64,000 nt of DNA from NCBI RefSeq assembly GCF_001469955.1, contig NZ_LOPU01000018.1:1-64000 (forward strand). The letters run 5' to 3'. The translations under genes and the position numbers were made by a program. Under the pieces are notes generated by a model. The model saw only the letters and a program-made list of their open reading frames with translations. It made no database searches and was not told the origin of the DNA. Positions within the stretch are counted from its first letter, which is position 1; every line of letters begins with the position of its first letter. Shown in pieces: positions 1 to 9,731 of this stretch. Source of the DNA: Haloprofundus marisrubri. GTDB taxonomy: Archaea; Halobacteriota; Halobacteria; Halobacteriales; Haloferacaceae.

Positions 1-132
1 GTACCTCACGCGCACGCGCGTAGCGTGCGGCTGTTGCACGGGCGCTCACACGTGCGCACACCCGCGCCTGCTAGCGGTTTTCTCCGGACAACCGCGAAAG
101 ATTTAGGCCGTCCCTTCGCATATCGCCTGCCA

Positions 133-2649
133 ATGAGCAAGGGGCCGGAACTGATAATCACCGAAAAGGACAACGCCGCGAGGCGTATCGCGGACATCCT
201 CAGCGGCGAGTCCGCCGACGCCGAGCGGATGAACGGCGTGAACGTCTACAAGTGGGGCGGCAAGCGCTGTATTGGCCTGTCGGGCCACGTCGTCGGCGTC
301 GACTTCCCGCCGGAGTACAACGACTGGCGCGACGTCGAACCCGTCGAACTCATCGACGCACCTATCGACAAACATCCGACGCAGGAGAACATCGTCGCCG
401 CACTGCGACGACTCGCCCGCCACGCCTCCAGAGTGACTATCGCCACCGACTACGACCGCGAGGGCGAACTCATCGGGAAGGAAGCGTACGAACTCGTCCG
501 CGACGTGAACGAGGACGCGCCCATCGACCGCGTGCGCTTTTCGTCCATCACGCAAAACGAGGTGACCGAGGCGTTCGACAACCCCGAGGACCTCGATTTC
601 GACCTTGCCGCCGCCGGCGAGGCCCGACAGATTATCGACCTCGTGTGGGGCGCGGCGTTGACGCGGTTTCTCTCGCTGTCGGCGCGACAACTCGGCAACG
701 ACTTCATCTCCGTCGGTCGGGTGCAGGGACCGACCCTGAAACTCATCGTCGACCGCGAACGCGAAATCGACGCGTTCGACCCCGAGGACTACTGGGAACT
801 GTTCGCTGACCTCGAAAAAGACGACTCGGGAGAGAACTTCGAAGCGCAGTACTTCTACCCCGACGAGGACGGCAACGAGGCCGAACGCGTCTGGGACGAG
901 GAGACGGCCAACGAGGTGTACGACACGCTTCAGACCGCGTCGTCGGCGACGGTGCAGTCGGTCCGGCGTCGCACGCGGACGGACAAGCCGCCCGCGCCGT
1001 TCAACACGACCCAGTTCATCCGCGCCGCAGGCAGCATCGGCTACTCCGCACAGCGCGCGATGAGCATCGCCGAGGACCTCTACACGGCGGGTTACATCAC
1101 CTACCCGCGAACCGACAACACGGTCTACCCTGACGACTTGGACCCCGAGGAACTCGTCTCGGAGTTCGTCGGTACGAATCGTTTCGGCGACGACGCCGAA
1201 TCACTGCTGGACCTCGACGAACTCGACCCGACGGAAGGTGACGAGGAGACGACCGACCACCCGCCGATTCACCCGACCGGCGAACTTCCCTCCTCCGCGG
1301 ACATCTCCGAGGACGAGTACGAAGTGTACGAACTCGTCGTCCGGCGCTTTTTCGCCACCGTCGCCGAGGCGGCGAAGTGGGAACACCTCCGCGTCGTCGC
1401 CGACGTCGACCCCGACGGCGAACCACTCTCGCTGAAAGCCAACGGGAAGCGACTCGTCAAAGAGGGCTATCACGCCGTCTACCCGTACTTCAACAACACC
1501 GAGAGCTTCGTCCCCGACGTCGAGGAGGGCGAGGCACTCGACGTGACGGAGACGCGCTTCGAGGCTAAACAGACCCAACCGCCGCGACGGTACGGCCAGT
1601 CTCGGCTCATCGAGACGATGGAGCAGATGGGCATCGGGACGAAGGCGACCCGCCACGACGTGATTCAGAAGCTCTACGACAGAAACTACATCGAGAGCGA
1701 CCCGCCGCGGCCGACCCGTCTCGCCCGCGCCGTCGTCAGCGCCTCGGAGGAGTTCGCCGACCGAATCGTGAGCGAGGAGATGACCGCGCAACTCGAATCG
1801 GACATGCTCGCCATCGCCGACGGCGAGAAGAACTTCGAGGACGTGACCGAGGAGTCCCGCGAGATGCTCGAAACCGTCTTCGAGGGGCTGATGGAGTCCG
1901 GCGACGAGTTGGGCAAACAGCTCCAAAAATCGTTGAAAGCCGACAAGACGCTCGGGCCGTGTCCGGAGTGCGGCGAGGACCTGCTCGTCAGAAAGAGTCG
2001 ATACGGGTCGTACTTCGTCGGCTGTGACGGCTACCCCGACTGCGAGCACACCCTCCCGCTGCCGTCGACCGGCAAACCGCTCATCCTCGAAGACGAGTGC
2101 GAGGAACATGGCCTCCACCACGTGAAGATGCTGGCCGGGCGCAAGACGTTCGTCCACGGCTGTCCGCAGTGTAAAGCCGACGAAGCCGACGAACAGGACG
2201 ACGAAGTAATCGGGGAGTGTCCCGAATGCGGTGAGGAACACGGTGGCGAGTTGGCAATCAAGCAACTCCGCTCGGGTTCCCGCCTCGTCGGTTGTACGCG
2301 CTATCCGGAGTGTGACTACTCACTGCCGCTGCCGCGCCGCGGCGAAATCGAAGTCACCGACGAGGAGTGTGAGGAGCACGGGCTTCCACACCTCGTGGTT
2401 CACAACGGCGACGAACCGTGGGAACTCGGCTGTCCCATCTGCAACTACCGCGAGTACCAAGCCCAGCAGGTCGGCGGCGACGAACTGCAGAGTATCTCCG
2501 GTATCGGCGAGAAAACCGCTGAAAAGCTGAAAGATGCCGGTATCGCGGACGTGCCGGGACTGAAAGACGCCGACCCCGACGATATCGCCGCGAGCGTCGA
2601 GGGCGTCGGTGCGGATACGGTTCGGGACTGGCAGGCGAAAGCTGATTAG
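133..2649 (+). CDS. topA: DNA topoisomerase I (archaeal type IA) with C-terminal Zn-ribbon repeats and an HhH tail
   Basis: N-terminal Toprim motifs ('ITEKDNAARRIA', 'TDYDREGE'). Several C4 zinc-ribbon repeats ('CPECGEDL...CDGYPDCEH'). C-terminal helix-hairpin-helix ('ISGIGEKTAEKLKDAGI'). The track ORF begins at 25; the in-frame ATG at 133 (MSKGPELIITEKD) is the likelier start. Confidence 0.9.
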   Translation: MSKGPELIITEKDNAARRIADILSGESADAERMNGVNVYKWGGKRCIGLSGHVVGVDFPPEYNDWRDVEPVELIDAPIDKHPTQENIVAALRRLARHASRVTIATDYDREGELIGKEAYELVRDVNEDAPIDRVRFSSITQNEVTEAFDNPEDLDFDLAAAGEARQIIDLVWGAALTRFLSLSARQLGNDFISVGRVQGPTLKLIVDREREIDAFDPEDYWELFADLEKDDSGENFEAQYFYPDEDGNEAERVWDEETANEVYDTLQTASSATVQSVRRRTRTDKPPAPFNTTQFIRAAGSIGYSAQRAMSIAEDLYTAGYITYPRTDNTVYPDDLDPEELVSEFVGTNRFGDDAESLLDLDELDPTEGDEETTDHPPIHPTGELPSSADISEDEYEVYELVVRRFFATVAEAAKWEHLRVVADVDPDGEPLSLKANGKRLVKEGYHAVYPYFNNTESFVPDVEEGEALDVTETRFEAKQTQPPRRYGQSRLIETMEQMGIGTKATRHDVIQKLYDRNYIESDPPRPTRLARAVVSASEEFADRIVSEEMTAQLESDMLAIADGEKNFEDVTEESREMLETVFEGLMESGDELGKQLQKSLKADKTLGPCPECGEDLLVRKSRYGSYFVGCDGYPDCEHTLPLPSTGKPLILEDECEEHGLHHVKMLAGRKTFVHGCPQCKADEADEQDDEVIGECPECGEEHGGELAIKQLRSGSRLVGCTRYPECDYSLPLPRRGEIEVTDEECEEHGLPHLVVHNGDEPWELGCPICNYREYQAQQVGGDELQSISGIGEKTAEKLKDAGIADVPGLKDADPDDIAASVEGVGADTVRDWQAKAD

Positions 2650-2702
2650 GGTCTGACATTCCTTTAGAAAGAGTGATCAGATAGCAATATTTCTCTAAAG
2701 AT

Positions 2703-3713
2703 ATGTCCGCTGTCGGTAATGTCTTTCTAGCCCCTTGTAGTAATCAAAACGCCGCAAATCATCTTCAAGAGACCGTTGTCGGTGGTGTTCCCGCAGCGGT
2801 CTACAGACAATACACGAGCAAGGACTTCGGGGACTGCGTCTCTGTCTGGGGTGTTTCGCCCGGTGGTAAAAAGTACACAGATCAAATGGCCAGAGGAGAT
2901 ATTCTACTGTTCTACACCGGCGCAAAGCGATACACGTTGGCAGCACGCGTTATCGGAACCGAAGAAAATCGAGAGTTGGCGGCCGAACTTTGGACAGATT
3001 ACCAAATTGGGCTTCGGGATGACGACGAACTCTGGCCGCACGTTATTTATCTCTCAGATATTGTGGCCGTCCAGATTGATAGCACTGAGGTACACCACGA
3101 GCATGCCGGACACAGTAGAGGACATCCTCAGAATTTCATGCGGCTCAACGATCGTGGTCTGAGAAACATCAGAGAGAAGTACGGGAGCGTCCGTTCGTTC
3201 CTCGGTTACGGAGTCAAAGACGTTCGTCCAGATACGTTCGAGAAAGCAGATAACGAACTGCACGAAAAAGTCAAACGAACCCCCGAACTCACCGAACCGG
3301 AACGGAAAGAGGAGACTACGACTCGGAAGGCACGATCTGCAGCCTTTCGCAGTGGTATAAAAGAGTTATACGAATACAAATGTGCAGTTTGTGGGGCTAA
3401 CCGGATGACTCCAAGTGGTCGCCCTGAAGTGGAGGCCGCCCACATCTACCCTCGAAGCGAGAACGGGCAAGACGACTTCAGGAATGGGCTTGCCCTCTGC
3501 AAACTTCACCACTGGGCCTTTGACAATGGCTGGTTGGGTATTCGGGATGATCTTACGTTGTTAGTCAGACATCGACCTCAGGTAGCTGGATTTGCAGAAT
3601 TCTCTTCGCTTGAGGGAACCAGACTCATACTCCCTCCCGATGACAGATACCACCCTGCTAAGATCTATCTCCGAGAACATCGTGCACTTCACGGCTTCAG
3701 CGCCGAACTATAG
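2703..3713 (+). CDS. PUA-like (EVE-type) domain fused to an HNH nuclease; candidate modification-dependent (type IV-like) restriction endonuclease
   Basis: N-terminal ~150 aa fit an EVE/PUA-like pattern (W...G...ARGDILLFYTG...YTLAARVIG...ELWTD...W). C-terminal HNH motif: 'CAVCGANRM...EAAHIYP...NGLALCKLHHWAFDNGW'. The gene sits in a ~1.1 kb islet of clearly lower GC than its flanks. Confidence 0.7.
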   Translation: MSAVGNVFLAPCSNQNAANHLQETVVGGVPAAVYRQYTSKDFGDCVSVWGVSPGGKKYTDQMARGDILLFYTGAKRYTLAARVIGTEENRELAAELWTDYQIGLRDDDELWPHVIYLSDIVAVQIDSTEVHHEHAGHSRGHPQNFMRLNDRGLRNIREKYGSVRSFLGYGVKDVRPDTFEKADNELHEKVKRTPELTEPERKEETTTRKARSAAFRSGIKELYEYKCAVCGANRMTPSGRPEVEAAHIYPRSENGQDDFRNGLALCKLHHWAFDNGWLGIRDDLTLLVRHRPQVAGFAEFSSLEGTRLILPPDDRYHPAKIYLREHRALHGFSAEL

Positions 3714-3740
3714 CCATTCGTTCCGCACGCTTTTTAACAC

Positions 3741-4472
3741 ATGCCGGGAGTAGACAGTCCAATGACTCTGCCGTGGGAATCGTGGGACCACATCCTCAAA
3801 ATCGACCCCGACAAGGACCTCGTCGACGGTGAGACGTTCGCCGACGCCTGCGCGACCGGCACCGACGCCATCGAAATCGGCGGGACGCTCGACATCACGA
3901 CCGAGAAGATGCAACGCGTCGTCGACGCCTGTGCGGAACACGACGTACCGCTGTATCAGGAACCGTCGAACCCCGGCGTCGTCGTCGACGACGACGCCCT
4001 CGACGGCTACCTCATCCCGACGGTGTTCAACGCCAGCGACTCCTTCTGGGTCACCGGCGCGCACAAAGAGTGGGTCCGCATCGAGAACGGCCTCGACTGG
4101 AGTCGCACGCACACCGAGGCGTACATCGTGCTCAACCCCGAGGCCTCCGTCGCACAGTTGACCGACGCCGACTGTGACCAGAGCGCCGACGACGTGTCGG
4201 CGTGGGCCGCCGTCGCCGAGAAGATGTTCGGACAGGACATCGTCTACATCGAGTACTCCGGAATGTACGGCGACACCGAGAAAGTCAAAGCCGCACAGGA
4301 CGCCCTCGACGAGTCGACGCTGTTCTACGGCGGCGGCATCCGAAGCTACGACGCCGCCTACGAGATGGGCCAGTGCGCCGACGTCATCGTCGTTGGCGAC
4401 TTGCTGCACGACGAGGGTGTCGACGCGGTCAGAGAGACCGTCGAAGGCGTCAAGGACGCCCACGCCGAGTAG
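3741..4472 (+). CDS. geranylgeranylglyceryl phosphate synthase (PcrB/GGGPS family)
   Basis: Motifs '[10 protein letters not shown]', 'YIEYSG' and '[14 protein letters not shown]...VIVVGD'. The true start may be the internal Met at 3762 (MTLPWESW). Confidence 0.85.
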   Translation: MPGVDSPMTLPWESWDHILKIDPDKDLVDGETFADACATGTDAIEIGGTLDITTEKMQRVVDACAEHDVPLYQEPSNPGVVVDDDALDGYLIPTVFNASDSFWVTGAHKEWVRIENGLDWSRTHTEAYIVLNPEASVAQLTDADCDQSADDVSAWAAVAEKMFGQDIVYIEYSGMYGDTEKVKAAQDALDESTLFYGGGIRSYDAAYEMGQCADVIVVGDLLHDEGVDAVRETVEGVKDAHAE

Positions 4473-4564
4473 TTTCGTTCTCTCCTCGCACTCTCCTCGT
4501 TTCTCCGTTCGCTGCACGGCGAGCAGTCGCGCTACAGGAGACGGGGTCGCACAGGACCCTGCGG

Positions 4565-5035
4565 CTACTCCTCGGTGACTTCGCTAAAGGGTGTGTACGG
4601 GCAGGTGTACTCGTTGCGGATGAGTTCCTCCTCGACGATTTCGAAGCCGAGCGAACTCAGGTCGCGGCCGATTCGGCTCAGGTCGTCGCTGTCTTCGCCG
4701 ACGACGGTGATGTGGACGTTCTCGTCGCCGGTCATAATCTCGCGGACCGAGACGACGCCGTCGACGTCGCAGGCCTCCCGTGCGAGTTGTTCGCGCTTGG
4801 GAATCGGCGCAGTACAGAGGATGAGCGTGTACAACTGGTAGCCGGCGGCCTCGAAGTCGATGTCGAGGTGCGTTCCACGGACGATGTCACTGTCTTCGAG
4901 TCTGTGGATTCGGTTACGAACGGTGCTCGGAGAAACGCCCTTCATCTCGGCGATTTCGCGGGCGGACGTTCCGCGAGCGTCGCCCTGAAGCGCGTAGATA
5001 ATGTAACGGTCGAGGTCGTCGAGTTCCCGCGACAT
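4565..5035 (-). CDS. Lrp/AsnC family transcriptional regulator
   Basis: 156 aa starting MSRELDDLDRYIIYALQGDAR. N-terminal HTH followed by a C-terminal RAM/ACT-like domain. The ATG at 5035 was confirmed on the minus strand; the track ORF extends further upstream in the same frame. Confidence 0.85.
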   Translation of the reverse strand: MSRELDDLDRYIIYALQGDARGTSAREIAEMKGVSPSTVRNRIHRLEDSDIVRGTHLDIDFEAAGYQLYTLILCTAPIPKREQLAREACDVDGVVSVREIMTGDENVHITVVGEDSDDLSRIGRDLSSLGFEIVEEELIRNEYTCPYTPFSEVTEE

Positions 5036-5189
5036 ACGCTGAAACGTGACCGACAGGTGCAAATGTGTTTTGTTCCGCCCACCGTCTCGAAGCGGCGGTG
5101 GTCGAAGTCGTGGTAGACCCCGCGGACCCCGTGCGGACCCCGCGGACCCAACGGATTCAGGGAGCCAAACTGGTCCGAACGTCTCTCGA

Positions 5190-5753
5190 CTACATCGGTC
5201 GCCGACGGTCGTGAAACGGTCCCTCACCGTCGAACCGACCGTCACCATCGAACGTTCTACTGGCCTCACTTCGATTTCGGGGGTCCAAGAGCGACCGGCC
5301 GTCGTCCGACCCCGCCGCCGTCTCCGTCGACCATTCCGGCGGTACTCGGGCAACGACCTCGTCGACGCGGCGTCCGAGTGCGTCGGCTAACACCGACGAT
5401 GCGCAGACCGTCTCGATTCCCGATGTCTCGAACACCTCGTGGTTTCGGGGGTCGTTGACGAGAACGACGACGGTTCTCACGCCGACCTGCGTTCGCAGCA
5501 GTTGTGCTACGAGGAGGTTGACGCTGTCTCGCGGTGACGCGGCGACGGCGAGCGTCACGTCTTCGCCGGCCGCCTCCCGAAGTGAGCGTGCGTCGGTCAG
5601 CGTCGCTTCGGTGGCACGAGTACCGCCGCTCCGTACGCGGATTACCGTCTCGGCGTCGTCGTCGACGTACCGAACGTCAACGCCGCGGTTCCGCAACTGC
5701 TGTGCGAGTAGGGTGCCGACGTGGCCGCCGCCGACGACGAGTGCTGTTGACAT
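5190..5753 (-). CDS. TrkA-N (NAD-binding) domain protein; potassium transport regulatory subunit-like
   Basis: MSTALVVGGGHVGTLLAQQL carries a Rossmann GxGxxG and matches the TrkA-N family. The ATG at 5753 was confirmed. Confidence 0.75.
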   Translation of the reverse strand: MSTALVVGGGHVGTLLAQQLRNRGVDVRYVDDDAETVIRVRSGGTRATEATLTDARSLREAAGEDVTLAVAASPRDSVNLLVAQLLRTQVGVRTVVVLVNDPRNHEVFETSGIETVCASSVLADALGRRVDEVVARVPPEWSTETAAGSDDGRSLLDPRNRSEASRTFDGDGRFDGEGPFHDRRRPM

Positions 5754-5986
5754 CTGTGTTCTCCCGGGGCCGTCTGTACCGTGCCCGACGACCGCGTACG
5801 TCCCTATAGTTCTCGTACTCGCATAAGCTGGCGGGTCTAATTCTCGAAACCGGAATAGTAGGAGATTTTTTACCCGAATCACGATATTGTGGTGCGGGGC
5901 CTCGCTGCCGAGACACATCACTTCTACCGGGTCGTACGGAGGCCGGAATCGTTCGTTTTTAACCTCCCGACGCGGAACGCGTAGAC

Positions 5987-7291
5987 ATGCAAAACCGAAC
6001 GTACGCAGCAGACGCCGAACCCGGCGACACGGTGACGCTCGCCGGTTGGGTTCACGAAGTTCGTGACCTCGGCGGTATCGCATTCCTCATCCTGCGGGAC
6101 ACGACCGGCAAGATTCAGGTCAAGTTCGAGAAAGACGAGATGGACGAGGACCTCGTCGAGGCCGGACTGGGCGTCCACCGCGAGAGCGTCATCTCGGTGA
6201 CCGGCGACGTCGGCGAGGAACCGCGTGCGCCCACGGGCGTCGAAGTCGTCCCCGAGAGCCTCGACGTCGTCGCCGAGGCGGACCCACAACTGCCGCTGGA
6301 CCCCTCCGGCAAGGTCGACGCGGAACTCCCGACGCGTCTCGACAACCGGACGCTCGACCTCCGCAAAGACGAAGTAAAGGCTATCTTCGAGATACGTGCA
6401 GCGGTCCAGCGCGCCGTCCGCGAGAAGTTCCGTGACCTGCACGCGACCGAAATCAACACGCCGAAAATCGTCGCCACGGGAACCGAGGGCGGCACCGAAC
6501 TGTTCCCCATCACGTACTTCGGTCAGGAAGCGTTCATGAACCAGTCGCCGCAGCTGTTCAAACAGCTCATGGTCGGCTCGGGTCTCGAGCGCGTCTTCGA
6601 GGTCGGTCCCATCTTCCGCGCCGAAGAACACAACACGCCGCGACACCTCAACGAGGCAACTTCCATCGACTTCGAGTCGGCGTTCGTCGACCACACGGAA
6701 GCGATGGATGTCTGTGAGGCCGTCGTCAAGGCCGCCTACGAGGCCGTTGAGGAGGACTGCCAGCAGCAACTCGAAGCGCTCGGACTCGAAGACGAGTTCG
6801 AGGCCCCCTCGGGCGAGTTCCCGCGTCTCACCTACGAGGAAGCCATCGAACGCATCAACGCGTCGGGCGAACTCGACGAGCATCTCGTCTGGGGCGACGA
6901 CCTGCCGACCGAAGGCGAGAAAGCGCTCGGCGAGGACGTCGGCGAACATTACTTCATCACCGACTGGCCCAGCGAAATCAAGCCGTTCTACATCAAGGAC
7001 CACGACGACGACGAGTCGCTGTCGACCGGGTTCGACATGATGCACCCGAACATGGAACTCGTCTCGGGCGGTCAGCGTGAACACCGCTACGAGCATCTCG
7101 TCGCCGGCTTCGAACAGCAGGGTCTCGACCCCGAGTCGTTCGACTACTACACGAAGATGTTCAAGTACGGCATGCCCCCGCACGCCGGCTTCGGCCTCGG
7201 CGGCGAGCGTCTCATCATGACGATGCTCGGCCTCGAAAACATCCGCGAAGCGGTGCTGTTCCCGCGAGATCGCCAGCGTCTGAGCCCCTAA
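5987..7291 (+). CDS. aspS: aspartyl-tRNA synthetase, archaeal type
   Basis: 434 aa. N-terminal OB-fold anticodon-binding domain. Class II motifs ('FRAEE', 'GGERL', 'FPRD'). Confidence 0.9.
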   Translation: MQNRTYAADAEPGDTVTLAGWVHEVRDLGGIAFLILRDTTGKIQVKFEKDEMDEDLVEAGLGVHRESVISVTGDVGEEPRAPTGVEVVPESLDVVAEADPQLPLDPSGKVDAELPTRLDNRTLDLRKDEVKAIFEIRAAVQRAVREKFRDLHATEINTPKIVATGTEGGTELFPITYFGQEAFMNQSPQLFKQLMVGSGLERVFEVGPIFRAEEHNTPRHLNEATSIDFESAFVDHTEAMDVCEAVVKAAYEAVEEDCQQQLEALGLEDEFEAPSGEFPRLTYEEAIERINASGELDEHLVWGDDLPTEGEKALGEDVGEHYFITDWPSEIKPFYIKDHDDDESLSTGFDMMHPNMELVSGGQREHRYEHLVAGFEQQGLDPESFDYYTKMFKYGMPPHAGFGLGGERLIMTMLGLENIREAVLFPRDRQRLSP

Positions 7292-7529
7292 GGCGAAGAT
7301 CTGGGATTCAGCGAGACGAGCAGAGCGAGTCTCGCCGGACCGACAACGCCTGAGCCCGTAACACGAAGGCGTTTCGGAGGGCGGGAGCTCGTCACGAACG
7401 AACTGTACCCTCGATTTTTCCGCCGTTGGTAGCCGAGAACAGCTACCGAGGAGTCGCGTCGATATCGGTACCGGCGGACGAGTGGGACGGCCAAGCGACT
7501 TATTCGCGTCCACTCCTAAGCCCGAATCG

Positions 7530-8081
7530 ATGCCGGAACTGAACGAGCACGTACTTCGAGAGGCCGGTGACCGCGGACGAACGCTGTTGGTTTCGGACCT
7601 CGTGCGACTTATCGAGCGCCACGAGTCGACGAATCGGCCCGGTGTCGACCCCGAACGCGTCGTGACGTACGCCGAGTCACTGGAGGCGGACGGGGCCCGT
7701 ATCGACGCGGGGAGCGTTCGGGGAGCCATCGAGGAACGACAGACGGACTCGTCGTCGTGGATAGGCGAGGACGCGCTCTACGCCGTCGGCGACGGGCGAG
7801 TGAGCACGTACCCGAAACAGTGGCACGAGGCACTCGAAGGCGACGAAGACGTGCGACGCTACCTCGAAGTCATCCTCGACGACGTCGGCGACAGTGAGAA
7901 CGCCTTCGACAGAGGTGGGCCGGGAACCGGCGTTCCGCGGAGCCTCCTGCTCGACGTCACTAGCGTTCTCGGCGACCTCACGCCCGAGGAGACGAAGGCG
8001 CAGATTCAGGCGCTACGGGGCGATGGCGTACTCGCCGAAGACGCCGACCAACATCCGGACGCCCGCGTCTCGTTCGTCTAA
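7530..8081 (+). CDS. hypothetical protein (acidic, haloarchaeal)
   Basis: ORF with halophile-like acidic composition in a gene-dense region. The in-frame ATG at 7530 (MPELNEH) is the probable start. No recognisable domain. Confidence 0.5.
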   Translation: MPELNEHVLREAGDRGRTLLVSDLVRLIERHESTNRPGVDPERVVTYAESLEADGARIDAGSVRGAIEERQTDSSSWIGEDALYAVGDGRVSTYPKQWHEALEGDEDVRRYLEVILDDVGDSENAFDRGGPGTGVPRSLLLDVTSVLGDLTPEETKAQIQALRGDGVLAEDADQHPDARVSFV

Positions 8082-8276
8082 ACGCGCTCTCTCTCTCTCG
8101 TCTCCGAAACGTCGAATCGACACGACGCGCTCGCCGAAGAACGGAACTGAACTCGAGAAACCGACGGACTGGACGCAAAACGTCGGTGCGTCCGGGAGTG
8201 ATGCATGTCTGACTAGTCGACCGTCCGGCGAGTTAGGTTGCGGACGGCGTGGCAGACGCGCCGAACGTCACACGTC

Positions 8277-8510
8277 CTAACGAAGTTTGACTTCGTCGTC
8301 GGTGACCGCTTCGACGGCTTCCTCCTGGAGCGGGTACGTGTCCTCGTCCCTCTCACCCCAACCGAGCTTCGATTTGAGTTTCTCGGTGAGTCCGGGGTCC
8401 GGTTCGACGTACGCAGTCCCGTGTTCAACATCGGCAACGATGCCTACGGTCTCGCCGTCGTCGGCGACGACCTTCTTTCCCTCATCGTCTTCGGTGATGT
8501 TAGTTGCCAT
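8277..8510 (-). CDS. small acidic hypothetical protein
   Basis: 77 aa from MATNITEDDEGKKVVADDGETVGIV. Halophile-like composition. The ATG at 8510 was confirmed. Confidence 0.5.
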   Translation of the reverse strand: MATNITEDDEGKKVVADDGETVGIVADVEHGTAYVEPDPGLTEKLKSKLGWGERDEDTYPLQEEAVEAVTDDEVKLR

Positions 8511-8809
8511 CGGTGGGTCCTCCGTCAGTCGTCTGCGACCCGTTGGTCGCGTCACCGACAACAACGTGGTTACGTAAAAAGCGGAGCGACCGTTTCTCGG
8601 CGTTCAAACCGCGCCGCCGGCGTGAAAGGGTGTGAGGAGCTGGTATACGGTGGTTTCACATTGCCTCAACGTAGCACACTACCAGACGGAAATACACCAT
8701 TTACCGGCGTGAACGGGGTGAACGACGGCTGAGCGACAGTCGAATGAACACTACACGACGGTCGGCCGGGATTGTAACTGTTAAACCTGCGGCGTGGAGA
8801 TGAGCGAGT

Positions 8810-9697
8810 ATGGCTGGCGAGGCAGCAGCGTTCGTCCCCGGTCACGTCACCGGGTTCTTCAGCGCCCATCCCGACGACGACCCTCGGGTTGCGGGTTCGC
8901 GGGGAGCAGGGGTGACGCTCTCACACGGCGTCACCGTCCGCGTCCGACCGGCGGAGTCGACGACGGTGACACTCGAGGGTGAGACGATTCGAGTCGACCC
9001 GGTCGAACGAGTACTCGACGCACTCTCCGTGACCGCGACCGTCGACGCCGAAACGTCGTTGCCGCTGGGTGCGGGGTTCGGCGTCTCGGGCGCGATGGCG
9101 CTCGGAACTGCGCTCGCCGCGAACGACGCTTTCGAGCGTGCGCTCTCGGAAAACGAACTCGTCACCCTCGCCCACGGGGCGGAGGTACAGTCGGGGACGG
9201 GCCTCGGCGACGTGGTCGCGCAGGCCCACGGCGGTGTCCCAATTCGTCTCGAACCCGGTGCGCCCGGCGAAGGATTGCTCGACGGCATCCCCGCCCAAAC
9301 CCGCGTCGAGTACGTCACGTTCGGCGAACTCTCGACCGAAGACGTGCTCTCGGGCGACACCGCACGGCTCTCGGAGGCCGGCACTCGTGCGCTGTCGAGT
9401 CTCGTCGAACGCCCGACGCTCGACCGGTTCATGCTCGCCTCCCGGCGGTTCGCCCGCGAGGCCGGACTGCTCACCGACCGCGTCGAAGAGGCGATACGCG
9501 AGGTGAACGCCGTCGACGGCGAGGCGTCGATGGCGATGCTCGGCGACTCGGTGTTCGCGCTCGGAACCGGTCTCTCGGAGGCAGGCTACGACCCGACAGT
9601 CTGTCAGAGCCACCCGGCAGGCGCACGACTGCTCGGCGACCAGACGCTGCCGCTGGAGTCCTGCGAACCGTCGCCGCCGGCGCCCGGCCGCGAGTAG
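8810..9697 (+). CDS. pantoate kinase (archaeal CoA biosynthesis, GHMP kinase superfamily)
   Basis: GHMP motif 'PLGAGFGVSGAMALGTALA'. Size and adjacency to a phosphopantothenate synthetase homolog match the archaeal PoK/PPS pair. Confidence 0.7.
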   Translation: MAGEAAAFVPGHVTGFFSAHPDDDPRVAGSRGAGVTLSHGVTVRVRPAESTTVTLEGETIRVDPVERVLDALSVTATVDAETSLPLGAGFGVSGAMALGTALAANDAFERALSENELVTLAHGAEVQSGTGLGDVVAQAHGGVPIRLEPGAPGEGLLDGIPAQTRVEYVTFGELSTEDVLSGDTARLSEAGTRALSSLVERPTLDRFMLASRRFAREAGLLTDRVEEAIREVNAVDGEASMAMLGDSVFALGTGLSEAGYDPTVCQSHPAGARLLGDQTLPLESCEPSPPAPGRE

Positions 9698-9731
9698 CAT
9701 CGATTTTTACCGCCCCCCGCCAATCGCCGGT

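Noticed and set aside
25-132. Upstream extension of the topA ORF (track start at 25)
   Set aside because: The first 36 codons (MRLLHGRSHVRTPAPASGF...) are Arg-rich and unlike topoisomerase N-termini. The internal Met at 133 directly precedes the Toprim core.
2650-3740. Mobile element (IS/transposon) explanation for the low-GC islet
   Set aside because: There is no transposase or integrase ORF, no terminal inverted repeats of useful length (only a 7-bp ctttaga/tctaaag pair) and no flanking direct repeats. The one gene present is a nuclease fusion, not a transposase.
5190-6083. Full 297-aa track ORF for the TrkA-N domain gene
   Set aside because: The upstream 110 codons would span the aspS promoter region and overlap the aspS start. 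The Rossmann domain begins at the internal Met (ATG at 5753), so that is taken as the start.
5924-7729. 601-aa ORF on the minus strand overlapping aspS
   Set aside because: It is antisense to a clearly recognisable AspRS. Its composition is Arg/Ala/Val-rich, as expected for the reverse frame of high-GC coding DNA, and it has no domain signature. The same reasoning rejects the other long antisense ORFs: 103..690, 1201..2265, 4202..5116, 9471..10556, 11342..12280, 13659..14963, 15633..17102, 26867..28504, 29607..31361, 32540..34495, 37719..38819, 38462..39907, 47444..48754, 48847..51204, 53113..54678, 62425..63999 and others.
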